DNA of 64,000 bases from an uncultured Candidatus Saccharibacteria bacterium (GTDB lineage Bacteria > Patescibacteriota > CALEFQ01 > G965231055), in the NCBI GenBank assembly GCA_965231055.1, contig OZ246411.1, forward strand, positions 665,875-729,874, read 5' to 3'. The first letter of the stretch is position 1; every line of letters begins with the position of its first letter. Below the pieces are notes generated by a model. It did no database searches. It was not told the origin of the DNA and was given only the letters and a program-made list of their open reading frames with translations. Below are positions 55,522 to 64,000 of the stretch, piece after piece. Both the position numbers and the translations under genes were made by a program.

Positions 55522-57927
55522 TTATTTTGTGGAAAATTGGATCACAAACCTCGCATCAGGTTTTTCTAAGTATTCTAGTATTGCCTTGTTATCAACTATT
55601 TTTATGCTACCCAAAGACGAATTGTGCTTTTCGTATTTGAGATCATTAAATACCACTTCGCCCTTAAATCCCACATTGTCATTGCCTGATTGGTTTTGGA
55701 AAAGTAATTCATAATAATCATCTGGGGTAACTGTAAAAGGAAGCTTGTATTTGAGCTTCACTACTTTGGTTTCAGATGGCGCCACAAAAACCCAGTTTCC
55801 GAACACTGTTTTATCGTCCTCTTCTGAAACTGAGGTGGTACCTAGTATGTTTGATTTGAGCGTATTGTCTATTTCGATTTGCTCTGCCACTTTTTCAAAA
55901 TTGGAATAGTCTCTTGCTGGTAATGCAGTATTATCAAATCCTTCTGCCGAGATCAGCTCACTCCCCTTTGGAGTATAAATTCTCTGCCAGTTGGCATAAG
56001 TAACATCACCAAGAAGATCTCCGGAAAGTTTACCATTGTGACGATACACTATTTCAAGTTCTGCTACGGCACTTCCACTAGCATCTATATTTACTTTGTA
56101 AAAAGTATTGCGCTCTATCTCGTGATTGGTTTTTCCTCCGGCTATGTTGGTATCTACGACTGCCAAATAATCTTTATGGCTATCTCTGATTTTTCCTGAC
56201 CAGTTATTGTCATTGGCATATTTTTGGAGCTCAACTCTTGGTGAATAGAACATCAGATTTTTTTCTTGGAAAGATTTCAAAATGACGCTAGAAGAAGCGA
56301 TCCACGAACTAGAATCTGAAGAAAAGATTTTTTGAATTACCTCAGGAACGAGATATGACAAAATTCTTTTTGGATCATCTGATCCTTTGGCTTTGACTTC
56401 TATTTCTTCTTCAAGTTTCTGGTTTAGATTTTCTGAATTGAAAGTAGTTTTGTATTCGGGGACATACACATCACCAAGTGTCGCCAAAAGCTCACTCACC
56501 ACTTTATCATTCATAAGAACGATAGCATCGACCGATCCTCTTCCAGAATCTTCATAGAATTTTTTGGCGATTTTGGCAGAGCGCTCAAAATCAAAATAAT
56601 AATTTGAGTCCTGAAGTTTGAAATTTTCCGTGACTCTTTTTAGTGGCTCTGGTGGCTCTATGTTGTTTTGGCCTTGTCCACTCGGATCATAAATATCTAT
56701 GAACTCATAGTTTTTGAGTCTGCCGTCAGAAAACGAAAGCAAAACTGAACTTCCCATAAATCCTCCGGATGCTCTTAGCTCGTCTGTATTTCCATTTAGT
56801 ACGAGTAGTTTGAAATCGGCTTTGTCCACTGCGAAAATCTGCTCAAGAAAACTCATAGACGAATCTAGAAATGAAAGTGTTTCGTTTAGCTCGGGAACCT
56901 GAGTTTTGAACTCGTAGATTTTGTCTGAGAGATTTGCAGGCAAACTTTTTGGATTTACTTTGTCCAAAATCTTTTCTGCTTCTCTGGAATAACCAAGGGC
57001 TAATCTGATATGCTCATGGGCTATTTTTATGCTTGGTTCTGAGGCAAAATCCCCATTTCCTCTGGTCAAACTCGTGCTTAGTTCTGCCTTGGTGCCAAAT
57101 GCCAGCTGTTCAAAACCTAGACTAAATTCATTGCCAGCATTCGCGATAAGACTTCCCGCTTCTATGAGTTTTGAGCTATTTGAAGTAATAGGTATAACTT
57201 TCATCAAAGCATTGGCGACACTTCCAAGTGAAGCCAAGGAACTTTTGGCGCCATCTAGTTTTTGGATCGCAAGTGCAAATTGTCCGGAAGCTCCTTTGAA
57301 ATTCAAGCTTTTGAGCTGATCTACACCACTTGTGAGATAATTCACCGCTTCGTTCGCATCATCCTTTACCAATGCCTCTGTCGTCTTACTTTTTCCCAAA
57401 ATCCCTACCGAGCCGATAAGAAGTGCGATGATAGTACACGCGACCCCCACTCCAACAAGTTTTCTAGGAAAACCTTTTTCAAATCTAGGACCAAGAAAAT
57501 TGATATTTGCTATAGAATAAAAATGCGGAATGCTTTTTCTAGGACGAGACTTCAGGGCTATATTAAATATTTTGCCTTTTAGTCCCCTTGTAAATAGTTT
57601 TGCATAAAAACTAAAACTAAAACTTCTAGCTGGATGCAAAAAGTCTATGCTTTCAGTTTGTATCTCGCCAAGAGCGATGTAATAAGGAATTGGGGATGGC
57701 TTTGGCTCTTCCGCTACCTCTGTGATCACGCCTAGATCCATGGCTTTTGGATGTTTTGGTATGGATTTGGGTTTTTGGGAAGGAATAGAATTGAATTTGC
57801 GCATGGTGCTATAGTCATCTCTTTCGTGCTTCAAAACCAAAAGCTCTTCATCTTCATGAAAAATTCTTTTACGTTTAATATCAACACTCCTAAACCTTTT
57901 TTGTGTGTTTATTTTGCCTATATTCAT
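55522..57927 (-). CDS. DUF4012-domain membrane protein (paralog of the 5'-partial gene at 3-1433)
   Basis: Single TM near aa 160. LVLNGNTDELRASGGFMGSSVLLSF matches the DUF4012 signature NNAELRxTGGFIGS. 801 aa. Confidence 0.65.
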   Translation of the reverse strand: MNIGKINTQKRFRSVDIKRKRIFHEDEELLVLKHERDDYSTMRKFNSIPSQKPKSIPKHPKAMDLGVITEVAEEPKPSPIPYYIALGEIQTESIDFLHPARSFSFSFYAKLFTRGLKGKIFNIALKSRPRKSIPHFYSIANINFLGPRFEKGFPRKLVGVGVACTIIALLIGSVGILGKSKTTEALVKDDANEAVNYLTSGVDQLKSLNFKGASGQFALAIQKLDGAKSSLASLGSVANALMKVIPITSNSSKLIEAGSLIANAGNEFSLGFEQLAFGTKAELSTSLTRGNGDFASEPSIKIAHEHIRLALGYSREAEKILDKVNPKSLPANLSDKIYEFKTQVPELNETLSFLDSSMSFLEQIFAVDKADFKLLVLNGNTDELRASGGFMGSSVLLSFSDGRLKNYEFIDIYDPSGQGQNNIEPPEPLKRVTENFKLQDSNYYFDFERSAKIAKKFYEDSGRGSVDAIVLMNDKVVSELLATLGDVYVPEYKTTFNSENLNQKLEEEIEVKAKGSDDPKRILSYLVPEVIQKIFSSDSSSWIASSSVILKSFQEKNLMFYSPRVELQKYANDNNWSGKIRDSHKDYLAVVDTNIAGGKTNHEIERNTFYKVNIDASGSAVAELEIVYRHNGKLSGDLLGDVTYANWQRIYTPKGSELISAEGFDNTALPARDYSNFEKVAEQIEIDNTLKSNILGTTSVSEEDDKTVFGNWVFVAPSETKVVKLKYKLPFTVTPDDYYELLFQNQSGNDNVGFKGEVVFNDLKYEKHNSSLGSIKIVDNKAILEYLEKPDARFVIQFSTK

Positions 57928-58029
57928 ATTAAAATTTCACTTCTATTATGCCACGAGAGCCAAAGATTGTAAATATAAATAAAAACATGCTTTTACACAT
58001 GTTTTCACTTAGTTTAAACGTAAAATTAT

Positions 58030-59169
58030 CTATTTTTTATTGGCTATATTTGCATAGACTTCCTTGTAAACTTCATAGGTTTCGCGTCCCATTTTTTCCC
58101 AGCTAAATCTTTTGATATTTTCATATCCTTTTTGAATGATCTCTTGTCTTTTTGACTCATACGAAATTAGAATTTCTATTTTATTGGCCATGTCCTCAAT
58201 ATTTTTGGGATCGAAGTAAAGTCCGCCCTCACCCACTATCTCGGGAATACTCGCTACCTTTGAACATGCTACAGGCACTCCGCAAGCCTGCGCCTCTAGA
58301 GGTGGCAAACCAAATCCTTCATAAAAAGAGGGAAAGGCAAAGACACTGGCGCCGTTGTATAAACAAACCATATCTTCTTCAGCCACAAATCCTGTGCGTA
58401 TAATATTTTTTTCCAGATTAAGCTTTTGAATTTCTATATCAATCTCTGGATATCTCGGATCTTTTTTCCCAGTAAGTACGAGTTTTAGACTTGGATTTTT
58501 TTTGAGAAGCAAATCAAAGGCTCTAATTAGTCCAAGCAAATTTTTGTGACTCCTGCTAACTCCGGTATAAAGTATGTATTTGGAATCTACGGGAATTCCA
58601 TATTTACCAATAGCACTTTCTACCACTGCTCTGTCTTTAATTTTATAATAATTCTCTTTATCTACTGATTCATAAATCACAACCACTTTGGAAGGATCTA
58701 CATTGAAATTTTTTATTATATCGTTTTTGGTGGCTTCGGATACTGCTATGATTTTTTTTGAGCGCTTTACAGCTCTGCCTATTATTGCCTTGTATAAGCC
58801 AAGTTTAAGCTTTGAGCCATTGTTTCCAGGAAAAAACAGGTGTATGAGGTCATGAATGGTCACGATGAAATTACCAAAATATGAGATAGGCACATTGAAG
58901 TGAGGAAAATGAACAAAATCAAAACCTTTTCCATAAAAACGAAAAGGCAATAAAAATTGTTCGTAAAAAGAATAGTAACTTCCTTTTACTTCGTGTTTTT
59001 TTTGAAATCCTTGTTTGGGTTTGAAATTGTCATATTCCTCTCCCGCCAAAAAAATATCATAAGAGTCATCTGTTTTCTTTGCTAGTTCCCCTATGAGCAT
59101 CTGGGTGTATCTGCCTACACCTGTCCAACCCTTGGGGCCATAAGATCTCGCATCTATTCCTATTTTCAT
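58030..59169 (-). CDS. Glycosyltransferase family 4 (GT-B fold)
   Basis: C-terminal EGFGLPPLEAQACGVPVACSKVASIPEIV (EX7E motif region). Confidence 0.75.
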   Translation of the reverse strand: MKIGIDARSYGPKGWTGVGRYTQMLIGELAKKTDDSYDIFLAGEEYDNFKPKQGFQKKHEVKGSYYSFYEQFLLPFRFYGKGFDFVHFPHFNVPISYFGNFIVTIHDLIHLFFPGNNGSKLKLGLYKAIIGRAVKRSKKIIAVSEATKNDIIKNFNVDPSKVVVIYESVDKENYYKIKDRAVVESAIGKYGIPVDSKYILYTGVSRSHKNLLGLIRAFDLLLKKNPSLKLVLTGKKDPRYPEIDIEIQKLNLEKNIIRTGFVAEEDMVCLYNGASVFAFPSFYEGFGLPPLEAQACGVPVACSKVASIPEIVGEGGLYFDPKNIEDMANKIEILISYESKRQEIIQKGYENIKRFSWEKMGRETYEVYKEVYANIANKK

Positions 59170-60320
59170 TTGTTTACAATTTTATTAAACACTTCTAAAG
59201 TTGCTTTCGCTGTGCTTTCCCATGAAAAGTTTTTTGCGATTTCAAATCCTTTGGTGATAAGTCTTTGTCTTAGATCTTTGTTTTTCATGCACTCCTCTAT
59301 CGCTAAACTTATATCATTCACATTGTAAGGATCAACTGTAATGGCACCAGACTTCACTATTTCAGGTAGTGAAGAAACGTTTGAAGTAATCACAGGAACC
59401 CCCAAGCTCATCGCTTCAAGTGGAGGAAAACCGAATCCTTCGTAAAATGAGGGATAAACGAATACTGAAGCGCCCATGAATAAAGATTTTTTATCTTCGT
59501 CCTTTATAAATCCGGTAAAAATAATATCTTTTGAAAAACGTGATTTTTTTGCTACTCTCACAATTCTATCAAACAACCAACCTCTTATACCACACACTAC
59601 TAGTTTACAATCTGAATTTGTTTTTTGTTTGAAGGATTCAAATGCCTCAAGAATAGTCTCAACATTTTTTCTGGGCTCAATAGTGGCGAAATATAGTAGA
59701 TATCCTTTTTTTAGATTATACTCACTTATTTTTTTGTTTAGAGTAAAATCCTCTTCAAAAATCTGAACATTTTTATCTAGAAATATACCCGAGTGTACCA
59801 CTGAAATTTTGCGCTCAGGAATTTTGTATATATCAACTATATCGTTTTTGGTAGATTCAGAAACTGCGATTATAGCGTCTGCTTTTTTGGCATAGTACTT
59901 GGGACCGACCAATGAATGCCAGAGTCTTTGGATTTGCGTGAAAAATTCTGGATGAATTTTGTATGATAAATCGTGAAATGTCACCACGGTTTTGCAGTTT
60001 TCCGAAACTGATGAAAACAGAATATTGGGAGAAAACAGAATATCAAGTCCACCGACCATTTTGTCTATCTGTGGACGATGCAAAAATCTAAACGAAAAAT
60101 TAAGTAGCTTATTGGGATATGAAAACGCTTTGAGTTTGATATTTTTATTTTCACAAAGAGATTTTACGAATCCCGGCATGGCTCTGCGAGAATTGTAAAA
60201 TAGATAATATTCGTTGATTTTATCTATTTTAAAAAGCGCCTTTAAAAGTTTTATGGTATAAACTTCTATTCCTGTAAGTTTTCCTTCGGAAAGCGCTCTT
60301 ATATCAACACCTATTTTCAT
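59166..60320 (-). CDS. Glycosyltransferase family 4 (GT-B fold)
   Basis: [29 protein letters not shown]. Overlaps the upstream GT gene by 4 nt. Confidence 0.75.
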   Translation of the reverse strand: MKIGVDIRALSEGKLTGIEVYTIKLLKALFKIDKINEYYLFYNSRRAMPGFVKSLCENKNIKLKAFSYPNKLLNFSFRFLHRPQIDKMVGGLDILFSPNILFSSVSENCKTVVTFHDLSYKIHPEFFTQIQRLWHSLVGPKYYAKKADAIIAVSESTKNDIVDIYKIPERKISVVHSGIFLDKNVQIFEEDFTLNKKISEYNLKKGYLLYFATIEPRKNVETILEAFESFKQKTNSDCKLVVCGIRGWLFDRIVRVAKKSRFSKDIIFTGFIKDEDKKSLFMGASVFVYPSFYEGFGFPPLEAMSLGVPVITSNVSSLPEIVKSGAITVDPYNVNDISLAIEECMKNKDLRQRLITKGFEIAKNFSWESTAKATLEVFNKIVNK

Positions 60321-60322
60321 AT

Positions 60323-60943
60323 TTATGACTTCCTTGCTTTTTCTATGTACTCAAATAAAAAGGCGATGAGAATGCTCACAAAAAAGGAAACAACTAAGCT
60401 TATCAAAGCAACCATCCATATCTCCATTTTCTGAGATACTGTTATCGGATCTCTAATGATAACTGTAAATTTCGCATCTTCGCTGTTTGATTTGTTTAGT
60501 ATCTGAGTTCGTTCTGAAAGGATGGTTTTCATAGAGCTAACTACATGATTAGCCTCACTTACATCACCTGCGGTAAATTTCACCAAAACGTTTTGAGAAG
60601 CCATTTTTTCTGCATCAAACACTCTGGAAAGCTCTCTTAGAGTCTTGTCTCCTAGATCAATTCCTGCGCCATTATATATGCTATTAACGATTTCTGGGCT
60701 CAAAAACCAGCTCACAACTGTGTCAGCAAAGAGTTCGCTCGCCTGGAGTGAATAAAATCCATCGTATTTATAATCTTGAGTCTCTTGCTTGCCTTCTCTT
60801 GCTATCGCGATAGCTACAGATGTTTCGAGTTTTTCTGGCATAAAATAATACACCAAAACACTAGATGCAGTGATCACGATCATCAAAATTATGATGAGAA
60901 CTTTTTTTGCGCTGATAACTTTGAGATAATCTATTAATTCCAT
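60323..60943 (-). CDS. Wzz/CapA-like polysaccharide chain-length determinant (N- and C-terminal TM)
   Basis: Two TM helices at the extremes around a periplasmic domain (LIDYLKVISAKKVLIIILMIV ... MEIWMVALISLVVSFFVSILIAF). Lies inside the glycan locus. Confidence 0.45.
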   Translation of the reverse strand: MELIDYLKVISAKKVLIIILMIVITASSVLVYYFMPEKLETSVAIAIAREGKQETQDYKYDGFYSLQASELFADTVVSWFLSPEIVNSIYNGAGIDLGDKTLRELSRVFDAEKMASQNVLVKFTAGDVSEANHVVSSMKTILSERTQILNKSNSEDAKFTVIIRDPITVSQKMEIWMVALISLVVSFFVSILIAFLFEYIEKARKS

Positions 60944-60950
60944 TGTATTT

Positions 60951-62078
60951 TTAATTAATTGAAATATGTTTTACTTTTAGACCTTCTTGGTGCTTCGCCC
61001 ATTCTCTATCGACTAACTCCTTCATTTCGCGCTTGAATCTTTCTTTATCAAAATATTCTGCATGAGCCCTGATTACATTGGGATCATATTTTTCTGGATG
61101 AAATTTTTTCAAAACTTCCATCAAAGAAGCTTCGGTTTGAGTTGGAAATAGCTCTCCGGTAACCCCTGGTATCACATATTCCACGGCACCACCAAAACCA
61201 AAAGCCACCACAGGTCTTCCCGAAGCCATGGCTTCTATTGGGACTATTCCAAAATCTTCTTCAGCTGTAAATACAAAAGCTCGACAACCTTCAAAAAGCT
61301 TAGTGCGCTCTTCATCAGACACCCTGCCAAGAATTTCTACATTTGGGCCAGCGATCTTGCGCAAATAATTTATTTCAGGTCCATCCCCAGCAATCTTTAA
61401 CTGCCATCCAAGTTTATTGAACACTTTTATAGCGAGATCATATCTTTTGTAAGCCACGAGTCTTCCTAGCATGAAAAAATATTCTTGTGGCTGTTTTGTG
61501 TGATCAAATTTTTTGACTTCAACTGGAGGATAAATAACAGAGCAATCTTTTTTATAAAATTTCTTAATCTGCTGACCTATAAACTGAGAGATCCCTATAA
61601 AATGATCAACTCTGTCTGCGGCGACTTTATCCCAAACCCTAAGAGGAGTGAGTATAAAAGGGATCAACTTTCTGACAATTTTATTGTGTCTCAGCTCTCT
61701 ATGATACTGGTGAGTATAATTCCAGAGATATCTAGTTGGGCAATAGCAATAGCACACATGAAGCGTGCTTGAATGAGTAACTATTCCTTTTGCATAAGCT
61801 GAGCTACTCGAAATAACCACGTCAAAATCAGATAGATCGTATTTTTCAACTGCAGAGGGCATGAAAGGAAGATACCACTGATAGTGTTTTACTCCTCCCC
61901 ACATTTTCTGAATAAATGAAGTTTTTATTTCCATTTCACGAAATTTGGGATGAGCTCTTTCTCTATCATAAACCAAAGCAAAAATTGGCGCCTCAGGAAA
62001 AATTTCCTTGAGCGTTCTTACTACCAATTCCGCTCCTCCGTCCTGAGCTAAATGTTCGTGAACTATTGCTACTTTCAT
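60951..62078 (-). CDS. Glycosyltransferase family 4
   Basis: N-terminal VHEHLAQDGGAE and C-terminal EDFGIVPIEAMASGRPVVAF motifs. Confidence 0.7.
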   Translation of the reverse strand: MKVAIVHEHLAQDGGAELVVRTLKEIFPEAPIFALVYDRERAHPKFREMEIKTSFIQKMWGGVKHYQWYLPFMPSAVEKYDLSDFDVVISSSSAYAKGIVTHSSTLHVCYCYCPTRYLWNYTHQYHRELRHNKIVRKLIPFILTPLRVWDKVAADRVDHFIGISQFIGQQIKKFYKKDCSVIYPPVEVKKFDHTKQPQEYFFMLGRLVAYKRYDLAIKVFNKLGWQLKIAGDGPEINYLRKIAGPNVEILGRVSDEERTKLFEGCRAFVFTAEEDFGIVPIEAMASGRPVVAFGFGGAVEYVIPGVTGELFPTQTEASLMEVLKKFHPEKYDPNVIRAHAEYFDKERFKREMKELVDREWAKHQEGLKVKHISIN

Positions 62079-62087
62079 TTTGTTTGA

Positions 62088-63476
62088 TTAGGAAGCTTTT
62101 CTTCTTTTAAGTAATACAAATGGAGTTTTTATAAGTATTCTGATATCTTTGCGCAAACTCCAGTTTTCAATATAATAAGTTTCAAGTCTCACCTCTTCAG
62201 CGAAATCCAAATCAGAGCGCCCCGATATCTGAGCAAAACCAGTTAGCCCCGGTTTTATGGTCCAAAGTTTTTTGTCTTTCTTGCTGTACTCATTTAGAAA
62301 ATGAGGTCTTGGTCCTACCAAGCTCATCTCGCCTCGTAGCACATTAAAAAATTGTGGGGTCTCGTCTATGCTGGTTTTTCTTATAAACTCACCGTATCTC
62401 GTTACCCTTGGATCATTGCTAACTTTAAAAAGTCCCGATCTTTCACTTTTTATTTTCTTTTGATCCTTGTGTGCACCCACATACATTGACCTGAATTTGA
62501 GACAATTAAATGGTTTTCCGTGTAGTCCTGCCCTTGGAGGAAGATCAGCAAATACTGGGCCCCTTGAAGTAAGTTTTATAACAATCGCGGAAAATATCAT
62601 CAAAGGCGAAAAAACAATAATACCAAGGATACTCCCCACAATATCCAAAGTGCGTTTTAGTATTCTGCCCCATCCGTCTAGCGGTGTCATTTTTAATTCT
62701 ACAATGGGAATTCCTGCCACTGGTTTTACTTCTATGTTTGTGGCCTGAGTTTCAAACAAATCAGCAGCGTATTTGAAAGTTATTTTCTGTTCATCAGCGA
62801 AATCGATAATATTCACCATGTCTAGCTTGGGAACATTTGGATCGGCTACCAAGATCTGATCTACTTTTCTGTTCTTGTGCCATTCGCGCACTTTATCCAA
62901 AATATTTTCAACTGTCATTTCTCCATTTGGAGATGGCAAAACTTCCAAAATTTCGTAGCCAGTTTTTCCAGAAGTCATATCAGAAACTATAATTCCGCTT
63001 GTTCTATCTTTGCCTATTATTATAACTCTCTTTACACCTATTCCTTTTTTGTACAAAGAAACCTGAAACAATCCAGTCAAAACTCTGCCTAGCCATACCA
63101 AAAGCATGCTAAAAATCCAAACAGCCAAAACCATAAACCTAGAAGAAAAAAGTTCTTCCTGTCTTAGAAATATAACTAATATCAAAAGCACAATAGCCAA
63201 AGATGAACCAATCAATACATTGTAAAACTCATCTAGTACTCTTTTTGATTTTCTAAGACTATAAGATTTTGATATTGCAAAACAAAAAATCCAAAATATA
63301 GCTACGAAAAACAGCAAAACAAAATAGCTCTTGAATTCAAAAATAACCGGCTTTGAAGCACCTACCGATTCTGCACCATAGAATCTAAAAAGGTAGGCAA
63401 ACAATCCGGCTGATATAACCAAGATATAATCTATTGGTATTTGTACTATCGCAAAAAATAACTCTGATTTTTTCAT
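62088..63476 (-). CDS. Undecaprenyl-phosphate sugar-1-phosphate transferase (WbaP/CpsE-like initiating polyprenyl glycosylphosphotransferase)
   Basis: N-terminal 4-5 TM region. C-terminal bacterial sugar transferase domain KRTLDIVGS...GPVFADLPPRAGLHGKPFNCLKFRSM...LRGEMSLVGPRP. Confidence 0.8.
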   Translation of the reverse strand: MKKSELFFAIVQIPIDYILVISAGLFAYLFRFYGAESVGASKPVIFEFKSYFVLLFFVAIFWIFCFAISKSYSLRKSKRVLDEFYNVLIGSSLAIVLLILVIFLRQEELFSSRFMVLAVWIFSMLLVWLGRVLTGLFQVSLYKKGIGVKRVIIIGKDRTSGIIVSDMTSGKTGYEILEVLPSPNGEMTVENILDKVREWHKNRKVDQILVADPNVPKLDMVNIIDFADEQKITFKYAADLFETQATNIEVKPVAGIPIVELKMTPLDGWGRILKRTLDIVGSILGIIVFSPLMIFSAIVIKLTSRGPVFADLPPRAGLHGKPFNCLKFRSMYVGAHKDQKKIKSERSGLFKVSNDPRVTRYGEFIRKTSIDETPQFFNVLRGEMSLVGPRPHFLNEYSKKDKKLWTIKPGLTGFAQISGRSDLDFAEEVRLETYYIENWSLRKDIRILIKTPFVLLKRRKAS

Positions 63477-63518
63477 GGCAAATTATTGGTTTGCAAATAT
63501 CAAAACTAATTTTATTCA

Positions 63519-63935
63519 AAGACCCAGAAAACCTATAAGCCGGATTCTGTACGCACCTTTTGTGCGCGATAATCATCTATCTCGACTTTGCCTCGCGACA
63601 AAGTTCCTTGCGATTGGATCCCATACTAGATGGGCCCACCAATCTTGCACCAGGTAAAGTTTGCATCTCTCGCTAGTTACTTAGCGAGACTGTGAGCTCT
63701 TACCTCACTCTTTTCACCCTTACCAGTCATACAAAATGCATAACTGGCGGTATTGTCTCTGTTGCACTTGTTCTTAGCCATAAAATTCAAAAGCGAATTC
63801 GCCCCTTGAATAATTTAGCTAGCCACCCGTTAGGTGGTACCATGCCCACAGCAAAGCCGTGGCGGTGTCCGGACTTTCCTCTATTATTGGGCTTTGTAAG
63901 CCAAAATAACAGCGATTATCCAGCTTTCTGGGTCA
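63519..63935 (-). ncRNA. rnpB: RNase P RNA (bacterial type A)
   Basis: Minus-strand transcript contains GAGGAAAGUCCGGAC, AGUGCAACAGAGACAAUACCGCC, GGUAAGGGUGAAAAGAGUGAGGUAAGAGCUCAC and ACAGAAUCCGGCUUAU. All are close matches to the universally conserved M1 RNA regions. P1 pairs GACCCAGAAAGC with GGUUUUCUGGGUC. Confidence 0.85.
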
Positions 63936-63940
63936 CTGGA

Positions 63941-63968
63941 TAGTACTATAAAAAACACCAAAAGTCAA
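63941..63968 (-). promoter_or_regulatory. rnpB promoter (-35 TTGACT, 17-nt spacer, -10 TACTAT)
   Basis: Reverse complement of 63941-63968 reads TTGACT-N17-TACTAT, with the predicted TSS ~7 nt downstream at the start of P1. Confidence 0.5.
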
Positions 63969-64000
63969 TTTTGGCGCCTTGAATTTTAATACCTACAAAT

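Noticed and set aside
63692-63943. 83-aa + strand ORF and neighbouring small ORFs at the window end
   Set aside because: They lie within or antisense to the RNase P RNA gene.

Overview
This is a 64-kb, AT-rich, gene-dense window; small genes and two DUF4012 proteins suggest a reduced-genome bacterium, possibly Candidate Phyla Radiation / Patescibacteria (inference). Most genes are housekeeping. The first 19 kb holds rplI, rpmA, nifS/iscS-iscU, gltX, priA, gdhA and a thiol/sulfur-redox cluster. From 34.9 kb on come ftsEX, prfB with its classical +1 frameshift, nth-xseB-xseA plus a Cas4-like nuclease, tRNA-Gly and tRNA-Thr, lepA, murB, a type III R-M operon, murJ, a surface-glycan locus (wbaP, three GT4, Wzz-like, DUF4012) and RNase P RNA.

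The accessory region, about 19.2-34.8 kb, ends at tRNA-Gln and contains:
- three large secreted proteins (19202-21214, 21363-24317, 29228-30388) that share a conserved C-terminal KWWFWLI(L/I) membrane anchor after FN3-like domains and acidic/Thr-rich linkers;
- an internal LPVTG sortase-type sorting signal in the middle of the 984-aa ORF, followed in frame by a second signal-peptide-like segment;
- five consecutive small polytopic membrane-protein genes (24510-28357), each with its own strong Shine-Dalgarno sequence and its own rho-independent terminator;
- a compositionally foreign, GC-rich gene (30647-32563) for a secreted PPC/CBM-like protein with Thr-Pro linkers;
- a nucleotidyltransferase + PHP gene pair;
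- a duplicated tRNA-Gln 5' fragment interrupted by a GC-rich 97-bp insertion.

Other notable features are a rhodanese/DsbA/IscU-like/rhodanese-CcdA cluster (14.2-17.2 kb), an 84-nt four-hairpin element with 19-bp direct repeats downstream of tRNA-Thr (42969-43260), and an unknown membrane protein sitting between mod and res of the type III R-M system.
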